Source: Ranitomeya imitator (lineage: Eukaryota). Taken from it: a DNA stretch of 64,000 nt. The stretch lies in NCBI RefSeq assembly GCF_032444005.1, contig NC_091284.1, positions 181,102,001 through 181,166,000 of the forward strand, read 5' to 3'. The translations under genes were made by a program, and so were the position numbers. The notes under the pieces are model-generated. The model did not search any database. It was not told the DNA's origin and worked only from the letters and a program-made list of their open reading frames with translations. Shown here piece after piece: positions 24,072 to 37,698 of the stretch (the stretch's first letter is position 1; each line of letters starts with the position of its first letter).

Positions 24072-25259
24072 ATTCTGAGGTATTCAGAGACATACTGTGT
24101 GCTCAGATCCAGCCAAATGCAGCAAAACGGATTGGTCGTCGTTTATACTACAGATGGACAATGACCCAAAAAATAAAGCCAAAGCAATCCAGGAGTTTAT
24201 TAAAGCAAAGAAGTGGAATATTCTTGAATGGCCAAGTCAGTCACCTGATCTCAACCCAATTAAGCATGCATTTCACTTGTTAAAGACTAAACTTCTGACA
24301 GAAAGGCCCACAAACAAACAGCAACTGAAAACCACCGCAGTGAAGGCCTGGCAGAGCATCAAAAAGGAGGAAATAGAGCGTCTGGTGATGTCCAGAAAAC
24401 TTCAGGCAACAAAGGGTTTTCAACCAAGTACTGAAATGAACATTTTATTTAAAATTATTGAATCTGTCCAATTACTTTTGGTCCCTTTAAAAACAGCGTG
24501 GCACATGTTAAGGAGCTGAAACTCCTAAACCATTCATCCAATTTTAATGTGGATACCCTCAAATGAAAGCTGAAAGTCTGAACTTCAACTGCATTTGAAT
24601 TGTTTTGTTTAAAATTCATTGTGGTAATGTCTATAGCCAAAATTAGAAAAATGTTGTCTCTATCCAAATATATATGGACTTAACTGTATGCTCTATATCT
24701 AGCCATCTCTTTGATACCCACGGTTATTTTAGGTTCTATACTTCTCACTAGGATTTCTTTATAGGTTAACATGTAAAATTTGGCTTGGTCATTAAAGGGA
24801 ATGTGTCACTTCATATTTCGTATATAAATTGCGGCCACCGCCATCAGGGGCTTATCTACAGCATCCTGTATTGCTGTAGATAAGCCCCCGATGTAACCTG
24901 AAAGATAAGAAAAACAAGTTAGCTTATACTCACCCAGGGGTGGTCCTGGTTCGGCCCGTCCGATGGGCATCGCGGTCTGGGTCCGGCACCTCCCATCTTC
25001 ATATTATGACGTCCTCTTCTTTACTTCCTGCCGTGGCTCCTGTGCAGGCGTACTTTATCTGCCCTGTTGAGGGCAGCGTAAAGTACTGCAGTGCGCAGGC
25101 ACCGGGCCTCTCTGACCTTTCCCGGTGCCTGCACACTGCAGTACTTTGCTCTGTGAGTGAGAGCCTGTCAGCTGTTACGGAAGTAGACATGACTGCTGCT
25201 TTTGTGTCACCTAGCACAACACATCTTTCTCAATCCACCAGAACATATCCACATGCACC

Positions 25260-26850
25260 TTACTCACAGTCCAGCAGTTTGTCTGCTCTCCATACTGTAC
25301 CCTCTTTCAGCACAGCAGCTAGCCCTCGGTCCCGCAGTTGTGGTCACGTAAAAGAATGTTTCCCCTCCACATGCCAAAGCTAAGAGATTGAACTCCACCA
25401 TCTCCAATCTGTTGGTCACGGAAATGCCTTTCCACCTTGTGGATACAGATGGTTTCAGAAAGTTGATGGCTGTCGCAGTTCCCCAGTCCCAGTTGCCCAG
25501 TCACCATAGCTTCTCTAAGAAAGCTGTGCCTGTGCTACATGAGCATGTCACAGACAAGATCACCCATTCCCTGAAAAAATCTGTCTGCCAGGGTGCATTT
25601 CACCACTGACACCTGGACGGGCAAATATGGGCAGGGTCATTACATCTCACTGACTGGGCATTGGGTGACTCTGGTGGCTGTGGGGGAAGGTGATCAAGGG
25701 TCTGCTCCACAAGCCTTTGAATCCCCAAGGATTGCGGTACAAATCTCTGTATCTAACAGGTCCACCACTGCTTCGGCTTCCTCCACCTCCTCTAGGGCCT
25801 CCACTTGTGCCTCAACCTCTTCATTAATCAGACACATGTTCCAACAGTGCAGATAGAATCCCCCTGTTATGGACTGACCTGGGTTGGAGTAGTGGAATTG
25901 CAATCACTAAGGGCAGCACCGGCAGGTAGCATAGTCAGGAACACCCAGGGTTGGTACACAGGTGCAGCAATGTAGTTTACAGAATCAGCAGGTGAAAGAA
26001 AGTTGACTAAAAGCTAGTAGTTCAATAATCTCACAAGGGAGGAAGTGCAATGCCAGGTTTAACTAGGGTGTTCAATCAGGTTGGAGCCAATCAGGAATTC
26101 AGGGTGGAGACAATCAGAAACAACACAGGTACTTATATCTGGGTTAGAAAGGAAATGTACAGCAAGCTGAATAGCTCAAAGGGAAGGGTACTGCCTTGTG
26201 CACAAGAGCCGTTGGGTTTGTATCCTAACACCCCCACCTCCGTACTGCGCAGGTACGGCTAACTGCAATCATGCAGTGTGCAAATTAATATGCCTTGAAG
26301 ATCGCAGTTACACAGCTCAAGAGTTGTAGACAGCTATCCATGCCAAATTAGAGCATTGGCTGTCTCTACTGAACCTGGAGCTAGGGAAGGATGTGTGCGA
26401 TAAAGGTGCAAACCTGCTGGTGTTTCTACACTGCGAAAATCTCACACACATGCCTTGCATGGCTTACATCCTCAACACATTGTTGTACAGCAATTTCTCT
26501 GCCACTATCCGGGCCTGGATGCGCTGCTGCAGAAAGCACAGTCGCTGTGTGCTCACTTCCGATGATTGCACCCCACAGATCATCGCCTTGCGTTACTACA
26601 GATGTCTTTCAGCCTACCAGTTAAACATTTGTTTTGCAATGTTCTGACACGGCGGAATTTCACTTGGCACATGTTGCAGCAACTGTGGCAGCAACGAGGA
26701 ACCCTGGTGCAGCATGTAATTTTGCATTGCCTGTGCCAATGCAATATGGAGATAGTGCAAATCATGCTTGCAGGGTGGACACAAATAAAGGACCTCTGCA
26801 CCCTTCTGCACAGTTTTGAAATGGCTACTAAGATAGTTAGTTGAGCTGTT
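25260..26850 (+). pseudogene. hAT transposase relic interrupted by a solo LTR
   Basis: LLVTEMPFHLVDTDGFRKLM, HFTTDTWT, CDKGANL, HMPCMAYILN motifs; frameshifts. Confidence 0.8.
25865..26230. mobile_element. Solo LTR, 366 bp
   Basis: TGTTA...TAACA termini; 5-bp TSD CCCCC (25860-25864 and 26231-26235). Confidence 0.8.
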
Positions 26851-26859
26851 ACATCAAGT

Positions 26860-28050
26860 ATTAGGGCTCCCAGCAAAGGCTTACATTGCTTCCTTAGCCA
26901 CCATGTGTTAATTGAAACTTCACTTCCTTGCTCTAAATGCTGGCCCAGAACCTGATACAACATGCATGGAATATTGTTGACTGCAGCTGTGCCATTCTAA
27001 AATTTCTACTGTAGGTGAATTAATCAGTCAACTACCTGGGTTACTCTCCTTATTTTTTCTACCAATTGTAGTTTACTAAGCTGAGATGCGTGCCACCTGA
27101 GTGTGGTTGAGCGAAAAAAAAGTTTGAGTTTGAGTTATTGCATGAAGTATCAGTGCTCCCAGCACAGCTGGCCTACACTGGTCGCTCACCCACCTCGTCT
27201 TAATTTAAACTTAAATTCAAGGCTCTAAATGCTGGCCCAGTCCCTGATACCACATGCATGGCCTATTGCTGACTGTTGCTGTATAATTATAAAATGTGCA
27301 TACCTGTGTTACTATCCTGACATTTTTCTACCAATAGTAGTCTATGAAACTGATGTTTGTGCCAACTGGCTGAGAAACTAAAGAAATGAGCTGTTGCATG
27401 AGGTATCAGGGCTCCCAGCAAAGAAGGCTTACATTGCTCCCTTAGCCACTACATCTTAATTGAAACTTCAATTCCAATCTGTAAATGCTGGGCCAGACTG
27501 TGATACCTCATGCATGGGCCATGGCTGACAGCTTCTGTGCCATTATAAAAGGTTCTTCTGTGGGTCAATTGATCAGTTAACAATCTGTGTTATTTTCCTT
27601 ACATTTTTCTACCAATAGTACTGTATGAAACTGATGTGTGCCATCTGAGTGTGGCTGGAATAAAAAAGAAATTGTAGGTGTTGCATGATGTATCAGGTCT
27701 CCCAGCTAAGAAGGCTTACACCAGGGGTGTCAAACTGCATTCCTCGAGGGCCGCAAACCATGCGCGTTTTCAAGATTTCCTTAGCATTGCACAAGGTGCT
27801 GCAATCATTATGTGTGTAGGTGATTAAATTATCACCTGTGCAGTACAAGGAAATCCTGAAAACATGACCTGTTTGCAGCCCTCGAGGAATGCAGTTTGAC
27901 ACCCCTGGCTTACACTGCTCCCTTAACCACCAGGTCCTCATTGAAACTTCAATTTCAAGCTGTAAATGCTGGGCCATGCCCTGATACGAAATGCATGACC
28001 CATGGATGACTGCTGCTGTGCCATTTGCAAATTTCTACTCTGGGTCAATT
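26860..28050. repeat. Degenerate tandem repeat, unit about 260-290 bp
   Basis: GGGCTCCCAGCA...GGCTTACATTGCT...AAATGCTGGCCC...CATGCATG recurring about 4 times. Confidence 0.7.
27722..27907. mobile_element. hAT MITE, 186 bp
   Basis: TIR CAGGGGTGTCAAACTGCATTCCTCGAGGG; 8-bp TSD GCTTACAC on both sides. Confidence 0.92.
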
Positions 28051-28354
28051 AATGCCACTTTTCGTGGCATCTGACCCTAAGTTTAGCTGTTTGGTTAGCT
28101 TTTTGTCACCCCTTAAGGTGTTGTGTATATGTTTGATTTGGCCTCCCACTGAATCCAATGGGGTTCGGGTACGTTCGTCGACTCTTTCACGAATATTTAA
28201 ACGTTGGCAAATCAAAGGCTCACTCATCTCTAGTCACAAGTCCTTTAACCTGCGGGAGTCTAGAAGACCTCAAGAAGAGGAGACAGACTGGTAAGTATTC
28301 TACGGTGTGTGCATGTCTATCTACCTATCTATTATCTATCTATCTATCTATTTA

Positions 28355-28849
28355 TCTAGGCCATGTGAAAACACAGACAAACGTTCAATATGAATCATAC
28401 TTCTCAAAAATATTTTTTCATAAACATTTTTTCAAAAAAATTTTTTTCATAAAACTTACAGTTATAGATAAAATGAAGATTCTTAGCGCATAAATTGGCC
28501 AATTCATGTGTGTCCATCAACCACGGCAAGGTGGTCTCCCTCTGATGGGTCCTACTCTACCATATATGCCACTCTTGGGCCACCAGCCTACAACTCTGGA
28601 CAAACATGTCACTCTGGGCTAAACCTACAATTTATGGGCAGGTAGAGTTGATTACCGCCACCTGCAAGGTCAATGGGAGGAGTGCAAGATCAGTCTGGAT
28701 GCAGCCACATCCATACACACTAAACAGAGAAAAAAAAAGAAAAAAAAAGTTTTATGAAAAAAAAATTTTTGACATTTTTTTTATGAAAAAATATTTTTGA
28801 GAAGTATGATTCATATTGAACGTTTGTCTGTATTTTCACATGGCCTAGA
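28355..28849. mobile_element. Foldback/MITE-like element with long terminal inverted repeats
   Basis: TCTAGGCCATGTGAAAACACAGACAAACGTTCAATATGAATCATACTTCTCAAAAA mirrored at 28790-28849. Confidence 0.7.
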
Positions 28850-29122
28850 TTCATGTACATGTGCTGCTGTGTTCTTTTATATCTATATGATACAGCTTGC
28901 AGCTTGCATGTGTTCACATTGGGAGTGCTGGTTGGCTTTTTTTTTTTCTCTCTCTGTCTATTTATCTATCTATCTAGAAAAATTGAAAAAAACTGCACAG
29001 TTGAAAATAGGGTGCAAACGCCTCACGGGCACATACCAGTTCTTTTACATAGGTTTACATAGATTCAAAAAAATTTGAAGCAGCACACCATATCCAGATT
29101 CACAAAGTGCTCTTTAATAGCA

Positions 29123-29164
<42 letters not shown>

Positions 29165-29889
29165 CACTTTATTTAGAAAGGAGGATCTGAGTAATTTTAC
29201 ATAACAATACAAAGGTTTTATTAATACAAACATTTTTTTTGTCAAAGATACACATTAACTCTAAAATTGTATGTGGGTACACAGGGTTTTGATACAAAGG
29301 TGAAGGAAAAGCAGTGGCCGGAGGCTATGGTCAGGATTAGAGATGAGCGAATATTTCAATGTTCAGTTTGGATTGCAATTGACGAATTTGCAATATTCGC
29401 CGATTAATTATTTGAATATTCGTTGAACATTACCGAACGCCATTTACATCAATGGGAGGCAAAAACAAACGCATGCACAACACCTTATAGCGGCCCCAAA
29501 TGCTGCCAAAACACATCAAATGAGGGACAGACACCAGGAATGTGGCCTCAATTCACCCACAGTATAAATTGTAGCATGGCACTGCAGCAGCCAGGCATGA
29601 GGTATTGGGGTCTGGGACAGCATTTACAGCTTTCAATTGAATGTCACAGTAAGACGAGGTGGGCGAGGGATAGGTATAGGTCCCCTTTGCTGGGAGCCCT
29701 GATATCACATGCAACAACACTACCTGCTTTTATGCTGAGCCACACTCAGGTGGCACAAATATCAGTTTTGTAGACTATCTAGACTACCATTGTCAGAAAA
29801 ATTTAAGGATAGTTACATGAGTAGTTGAGTACAAGGAAGTGGAGACCTGACATCTTGGAGGACTACTGCTACAGGCAACACACATGAAG

Positions 29890-30660
29890 GAGACCCAACC
29901 AGGAGTGTTCACATTTCCAAAAATTATTGGCAGACACCACAAAAGTGGCATCAATTTCACCACAATAGAAATAGTATAATAGGGACCTACTGGTCTTTAC
30001 TACACCCAATGCAGCAGATGGACCCCCAACAAGGAGTGTTCACATTTGAAGAAATGAGGGCCTCACACCACAGAAGTTGCATCAATTTCACCACAGTAGA
30101 AACAGTATAATAGGGACCGACAGTTCTTTCATTACACCCAATCCAGAAGATGGACACCCAACCAGGAGTGTTCACATTTCCAAAAAATTATTGGCAGACA
30201 CCACCAAAGTGGCAATAATTTCACCACAGTAGAAATAGTGTAATAGGGACTGACAGGTGTTCCACTTCACCCAATCCAGCAGATAGACACCCAACCAGGA
30301 GTGTTCACATTTCCAAAAATTATTAGTAGACACCACAAAAGTGGCATCAATTTCACCACAGTAGAAATAGTATAATAGGGACCGAAAGGTCTTTCACTAT
30401 ACCCAATCCAGAAGATGAACACCCAACCAGGAGTGTTCACACTTCCAAATATTATTTGCAGACACCAACAAAGTGGCATCAATTTCACCACAGTAGAAAT
30501 AGTATAAAAGAGACCGGCAGGTCTTCCACTACACCCAATCCAGCAGATGGACACCCAATCATTAAAAAATGAGTGCCTGACACCACCGAAGTGGAATAAC
30601 TGTCATGAGAATAGTATAATTGGGACCAAGACGTCTTCCAGTACAGCTAACCCAGCAGAT
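29890..30660. repeat. About 132-bp tandem repeat (about 6 units) in the hAT subterminal region
   Basis: ACCCAACCAGGAGTGTTCACATTTCC near 29893, 30022, 30156, 30289, 30421 and 30553. Confidence 0.88.
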
Positions 30661-31643
30661 GTAGACAAACCATGACTGTTCATATTTCCACAAATTTGTG
30701 TTAAAATCAGCAGCAGAAGCAGCAGCTGCCAGAACATGTGGGGATTGCCTGTTTCTTAAGCAACTCCCACATGTATTCAAGCTGTCTAGCAGCCGCAAAT
30801 CATGCAGCTGCATCGACATAAACTAAATCTCTGAGCACGCCAAAATACTCGGAGGCCACCCAAGCATGCTCGGAGAAACCCGAGTAATGAGCATACTCTC
30901 CCATCACTGCTCACCACATGTAAGACTAGGACTCTGTTGTGCTAGTGCATGAGTTGGTCTAAAAAAATGTGTCAAAGGACTCAAAGAAATTGCTTCTTCC
31001 ACTTCCACCACTGCTGCTGCTACTAATGTTTTGGCGATGACAAATTGATGTGCCGCTGGTTGGAAGTCTACAGCTGCGATGCAAACTGTGTCTTTCACTG
31101 CTGTCTTGGGGAAAAGCGTGTTTCATAATTCCAGCATTGGTGGGTCCCTTTCTAAGGTGGGAATCATCTGGCAAAATTTGGTTTTATAACGTGGATCTAA
31201 TAAAGTAGCAACCCAGTAGTCAGCATTATTCCTAGTCATAACTATACAGGGATCATGTTGCAGATAGTGGCTGTGTTGTGTTGGTGGCTGGGTAACAATG
31301 AGGCTCATTTCATCTGTCCACTCCTGCCAACCACGAACAACAGGGAGGGGAGGATTATCCTCTTCATCTGATAGTTGCTGGCCCATCACCCCTTCCTCCT
31401 CCATTTGTTAATTGGATCTTGCACCTTTGATAACAGAGTTTGTCTGTTATCTGCAGCCACCCTAGATCACAGTAATCCACCCTCCCTTGGCACTTGCAAG
31501 TGTGATGACAGTCTTGAACTTAGAGACAATGTTATCCCTTCCGTGTCCTCCTCTGCTTCCTCATCTTCTTCTGGGACCACCATCTCCTCCCGCAGGCTAT
31601 TCAAAGTCTGCTCCAGCATATAGATGATCGGAATAGTGATGAT

Positions 31644-32624
31644 TAGGGTTGAGCGACCTTTACTTTTATAGGATCGGGTCGGGTTTCACGAAACCCGACT
31701 TTTGAAAAAGTCGGGTCGAGTGAAATCGGCCGATCCTATAAAAAAGGCGGGGTCAGGGTCGGCCGAAACCTGAAACCCAATGCAGTGCATTGGGTTTCCA
31801 TGGTTCCCAGGGTCTGAAGGAGCGGAAACTCTCCTTCAGGCCCTGCGATCCATATTTTAGTGTAAAATAAAGAATTAAAATAAAAAATATCGCAATACTT
31901 ACCCTCTGACGCGCCCTGGTACTAACCGGGAACCTTCCTTCCATAGAATCAGCCTTCCAGGACCTTGCGGTGACGTCGCGGTGACGTCGCGGCTTGTGAT
32001 TGGCCGCGCGGCCGCCCATGTGACCGCTCGCGCGACCAATCACAAGCCGCGACGTCACCGTGACGTCACCGAAGGTCCTGGAAGGGCTGATTCTTAGGAA
32101 GGAAGGCTGTCGGAAAGAAGCAGGGCGCGTCCGAGGGTGAGTATATACCTAATTGGAATATACTCACCCTCGGACGCGCCCTGCTTCTTTCCGGCAGCCT
32201 TCCTTCCTAAGAATCAGCCCTTCCAGGACCTTCGGTGACGTCGCGGCTTGTGATAGGTCGCGCGAGCGGTCACATGGGCGGCCGCGCGGCCAATCACAAG
32301 CCGCGACGTCACCGCGACGTCACCGCAAGGTCCTGGAAGGCTGATTCTAAGGAAGGAAGGTTCCCGGTTAGTACCAGGGCGCGTCAGAGGGTAAGTATTG
32401 CGATAGTTTTTATTTTAATTCTTTATTTTACACTTAAATCTGAATTCCGATACCAATTCCCGATATCTTAAACATATCGGGAATCGGTATCGGAATTCCG
32501 ATTCTAGATTCAAAAGATCGCCGACTTCATGGCCGACCCCACACTGGGGTCGGGTTTCATGAAACCCGACCTTGCCAAAAGTCGGCGACTTTTGAAAAAT
32601 TTCGACCCGTTTCGCTCAACCCTA
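31644..32624. mobile_element. hAT MITE, 981 bp, nested in the hAT transposase relic
   Basis: TIRs TAGGGTTGAGCGA / TCGCTCAACCCTA; 8-bp TSD GTGATGAT; long internal hairpin centred near 32150. Confidence 0.9.
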
Positions 32625-34302
32625 GTGATGATAATGATGGCGTCGTCAGTGCTAACCATCTTAGTAACCATTTCGAAAGTGTGCAGAAGGGTGCAGAGGT
32701 CCTTAATCTGTGCCCACTCTGTAATCGTGATATGCGCCACATCCGTGCTGCATTGGCCCAAGCTGACATGACATACTGTGTCAGGGCTCGATGCTGCTGC
32801 CACAGATACTGCAACATGTGCAGAGTGGAATTCCTACATGTCGGCACATCGCATATAAACCTGTTAACTGGCATGAACATAGGCCTCTATATTGATACAA
32901 GTCGATGAGTAGAGGGGAGCGAACTGCGGAAATAAGCACACAGCTTACGTGTTTTCTGGAGCAGCTCACCCAGGCCAGGATAGTGGCTGAGAAAATGCTG
33001 TACCACCAGGTTAAGGATGTGAGCCATGCAAGGCACGTGTGTGAGGTTGCTGACCGTAGGGCCGCTACCAGGTTCACACCATTATCGGACATGGCCTTCC
33101 CTGGATGCAGGCTCACCGGAGACAGCCATTGATCAAACTCAGCCTGGAGAGCTGTCCACAACTCTTCAGCGATATGACAGCCACACTGGACACTATCTAG
33201 CTACACTTTCTGACTGATACACAACTGCCTAACTAACTAGCTAAAATCTTGCTTTTAACAGTGGCAGTATCAGGAGAAGCCTCTCTGCGCTGTTACAGTG
33301 TCAAAATGGCGCTAAAACAAGATGTCCGCTATTTATATGGAGAGGGTTATGTGATTTCAGCAGCCAATGACACAAGCTGTAGTGTCAAGACATTGTGGGT
33401 GTTTCCTGCACCCTGATTGGCTAGCGACAATGTGCACACATGAAGTTAAGAAAAAAAAATGACAAGAGTAACGCTCCTCTGAGTTCTGCAAACCCCTCCC
33501 CTCATCAAACACGTGCCACACGCACATGAAACACCACCATTATCGTTTGCTAAAATGCTGAAAATATTTTTGTGGCAACACAAATATTTTCCTGTACTTT
33601 TACCGAATGTTACCGACTTTTACCGATTTTATAAAATTTTGCTTGGGTTTCCGATCACGAATCCGAATGTGCCATATTCGTGCTGAATTTATGTTTGGCA
33701 ATCGTTTTCTGAACAAATTCGCTCATCACTAGTCAGGATTACACAGTTATGAAGCGAATCACAAGTTTGTTGTATCAGTAGAAATATTCACGAGACTTTT
33801 ATCCAAGATTTTCAAGATATAACAACCAAACACAGGCATGATAATTTAATTACTAAACAAAGACAAGCCTTGCAGGAACAAAAGACATTTGATGATAAAA
33901 CCGTCTGACAAGGGTGGAAATATTGCTTTATGGCCTAAGGTCAAGTACGAGAGGGAAACCTACAAACATCTAAGGAATACTTACCTCAAATTAGACCACA
34001 ACACTTTAAGTACCTTCTCAAATGAGCTTGAAGAAATCTTGACAAGAGCCTTTGAGAAGGGAATTGACCCAAGCAAATTCCTGATGGACTTCTGACCAAA
34101 TCCCCCCAAATTCTCACATTGCACTTAATTCCAAAAGTACAGAAAATCCCATTGATTCTCTGGGGCATTCCATTGTCTCTGACCTGGGAGGGCTACGCGA
34201 CCCTGTATGTTATTGATTACTACCTCAAACCTATAGTTGAGTCGCTCCCCTCCTACACCAGAGACACAGTGGATGTCCTGACCCGAATCAATGGGATACA
34301 AC

Positions 34303-34795
34303 TGTCATGGTTAGGACATGGTTAATGTCCTGTTCATTCAGGGCTAATTTTGCTGGCCTCCCTTTGGATCTGGGAAGGGTAGTTATACTCACTCCAGACT
34401 AGGATTCCCTGTCAGCTATACTTTCGTCTTGTCTGTGTGCCTGACCCCTGGAGTGTGTGCTTGGTTTGCAATTGTGTTCCCTGCTCTCAGTGCTTTACTC
34501 TGCTCGTTTGTTTTTTGGATTTCTGACCTCTGGCTTCTCTTCTGACAATCCCCTGTCTCTCCCCTTTTGTACCTCGCTCATGATCTCTTGGTTCTGATCT
34601 TAGCTTGTTTGACTACTCTCCTGTGTGTATTGTCTCCTCTGAACCCCGGCGTCTGGCTCCACTCCCGACCTCCTCCCACTCTGTCACATGGTTCATGTCC
34701 TGTTTGTTGCCTGGTTACTAACCCAGCGCTTTGCTCAGCTCCCTTGCTGCTGTGTGCAGCTCTCTCCGCAGCAGTAAAACTTGGGAGTTGTGACA
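34303..34795. mobile_element. Solo LTR, 493 bp, inside the PLE RT
   Basis: TGTCA...TGACA termini; 5-bp TSD ACAAC/CCAAC (one mismatch); removal restores GIQLEGDMILVTAD. Confidence 0.82.
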
Positions 34796-36648
34796 CCAAC
34801 TAGAAGGGGACATGATTCTAGTTACAGCAGATACCAAAATGCTGCTTACCTGCATTCGCCATGAGGATGGCTTCTTCCTGGAGATGTGCAACTGGGATGG
34901 CATATCTGTGATTTAATTATGGAACTACAGACTTACATTCTAACTCTTAATTTTTTTGTATTCAAGGATATTTTCTACTTGCAGCAGCGTGGCACTACCA
35001 TGATTATGTCCTGCGCTCCATCCTGTGCCAACCTTTTCCTAGGATATTGGGAGAGGGAGGTTTTTGGCGGCGATGACACTGGGCCTCAGAGCATGTGCAA
35101 TGCTGGTTGTGCTACATTGGTAACCTGTTCATCATCTGGCAAGGGCCAGAACATGAATTACAAAAATGTATGCAGCAATTAAACTCTAACAGGTTTAACA
35201 TCAAGTTTACCTATTCTATGAGTGGGGCAATGGTGGACTTCCTGGACATTAAAATTGAGACTGACCAAGATCATTTTTTGCAAACAGATGTATTCAGGAA
35301 GTCCACCTCGATCAACTCTTTGCTGCATGCGAGTTCCAGCCATCCCTACAGTACCATAAAGCCATCCCAGTTGATCAATTCCTCAGGATGAGGTTGATCT
35401 GTTCCTTTGAGCCCAATTTTGAATCCCAAGCTTTGGATATTACAAATGGATTCAAGGCAAAGGGAACCAGCAATAGGTGCATTAAGGCGGGTATTCTAGA
35501 GCAAAACAGGGCACACGGGACAAAGTCCAAGCTAAAGAGGAAAAAATAAAATAGCTAGCACTCCGTAATGCTGTAAATCAATCCTTTCTTCTATTACCTG
35601 GACCCGGTGTAGAGTCTGATCGATGCAAAACAGCTGTCGTTCTTTCCTGTACCTGCTTTCCCGCATCCATGTACTACTTGCATTGAATAAAGAAAGGATT
35701 GTTTAACTGCATCACGGAGTGCAACCTATTTTTTTCTCTTTGGCCTGGAAATTTATATGACGCTGATAGTTTCAGATGTTGCACCCGGGATTTTGCAAGC
35801 CGTACACTGCTGTTCCGCTGAGTAAGCTTGAAAAGGTATGTTTTAAGTTGTTTGGTGCTGGTTTTTCTCATTTTCCACAGGTGCACACCAGACAAGTTAT
35901 TGCATCCCCAAACAAAAAAGAAATATGTGGATGATATGACTTGTTACATTTCTACTTATAATGGGGAGTGAGCCACTATGAGATCGTGTCTCGAAAAACA
36001 TTGGGGGATCCTTTAAACAGATCCCACACTTACAAAACTTCTAACTGATCACCCCCTTATGGCATCAAGACAAAGCAGTAACCTAATAAATATTCTTAGG
36101 AGTAGCCACTACATCCCTGCTTCTGACATGAAAAAAAACTTTTTGGGGTCAAAGGGACTTTGCTCTGGTTGTATCACATGTGGAAATTGCATTTTGTGCA
36201 AGAACATCTGCTGCAGCTCAACCTTTGTGTCAGTGGATCGAAAGAAGAAGTTTTCCATCAAACAGCACATTACGTGCAGTACAACTCAGGTTATTTACTA
36301 TGCTACATGTCCTTGCCCTAAAGTATATATCGGTTTAACATCATGGCACCAGGGAACTCGCACACGCGAACATGTCCATGACGTCATGGCTCCAGAGACA
36401 GATATCACACAGCTTAAAATATTACTCTGCCATTTTAGACTATTCCACAAATGTAACCCCAAGTTACTCTAGGTCAAAGTCATTGAACATGTTCAGTGTG
36501 GTATTAGGTGAGGTGATAATAAATGTCGAAAAGTATAGAATGTATATACACTGGCTCTTAATCACCTGGAAGGATAACATGGAAGAGCCACAAAAGCTGC
36601 AGGTGGTTAAAACAGGTTCTGTGCAAAACTCTGTTGAAAAAATAAATC

Positions 36649-36955
36649 CACTAAATAATAATACTATTAACCACCGCACTAAAAGAGGCTAGAATATCGC
36701 TATACTTACTTATAATATAGCTGTTTCTGTGTTGTGTGGGGATCCTTATGCATAGAAGGGTACACCCAGTTATAGTAGTTTACTGAAAGGTATAAATATA
36801 CATCTTTTGTATATTTACCTTTCAGTAAACTACTATAACTGGGTGTACCCTTCTATGCATAAGGATCCCCACACAACACAGAAACAGCTATATTATAAGT
36901 ATAGCGATATTCTAGCCTCTTTTAGCGCGGTGGTTAATAGTATTGTTATTTAGTG
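36649..36955. repeat. Near-perfect palindrome, about 150-bp arms with a 7-nt loop
   Basis: Arms mirror around ATCTTTT at 36802-36808. Confidence 0.92.
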
Positions 36956-37698
36956 ATAATAAATGTCTCCTGGCCTAGAAAGAATGCAAGTGGATTACCA
37001 TACTGGGCAAAATGGTACCCAATGGATGCACTGGGCTTCTCCTCCTTCCTATAACACCCCAAAAGTAATCATAGGGATTTTGTTCAATATGAGAATGCTG
37101 TTCTCTTTCCCAGTAATATCTATCTCCTGTTTCGGCCATTTTAATTATATGTTTGTCCGTTTCAATTGATTTTAACCCCTTTCCGACATCGGGCGTAATA
37201 GTACGCTGATGTCGGACTCCCTCCCTTTGATGTGGGCTCTGACGGTGAGCCCACATCTTTCCCAGCATATATCAGCTGTTATGAACAGCTGACATGTACC
37301 CGCAATAGGCGCGGGCAGAATCGCGATCTGACTGCACCTATTAACTAGTTAAATGCGGCTGTCAGATTCTGACAGCGGCATTTAACAAGCGCTTCCGGCA
37401 ATTGTGCTGGAAATACGCACACCGGTGACCATTGTCACATGATCGCGGGTCACTGGTGGGCAACCAGAGGTCTCTTGGAGACCTCTATTCTTGTCACTGC
37501 CAGCTTGCTGTGAGCACCGCCCAGTGGTCAGCGCTAAGAGCAATTGAGTAATTCAGCTACATATAGGCGAACTGATCATCGCCTATATGTAGCTGAGCCG
37601 ATTGGGCTTTTGGCAGCTTCTAGTCTCCCATGGAGACTATTGAAGCATGCCAAAAGTAAAAAAAATGGTTTTAAATATATATAAGAAATCAAAAAATA

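Larger units (their letters stand above)
13896..24686 (+). mobile_element. Degenerate Tc1 transposon split by nested insertions (pieces 13896-14644, about 15165-15257, 24072-24686)
   Basis: Matching TIRs CAGTTAGGTCCATATATATTTGGA and TCCAAATATATATGGACTTAACTG with TA flanks; transposase fragments QNDGKRKVW and MDNDPK...[11 protein letters not shown]. Confidence 0.8.
29338..33731 (-). mobile_element. Degenerate hAT transposon with both ends
   Basis: TIRs TAGAGATGAGCGAA / TTCGCTCATCACTA; 8-bp TSD GTCAGGAT; transposase remnants (YWVATLLDPRYKTKF, ICDVPTCRNSTLHML). Confidence 0.88.
33880..36955 (+). mobile_element. Old, degenerate Neptune-type PLE of a second family
   Basis: IKPSDKGG, PSYTRDTVDVL, MSCAPSCANLFLGYWE, CSGCITCGNC linker, VIYYATCPCPKVYIGLT (GIY-YIG); many frameshifts; ends in an inverted tail. 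Confidence 0.85.
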
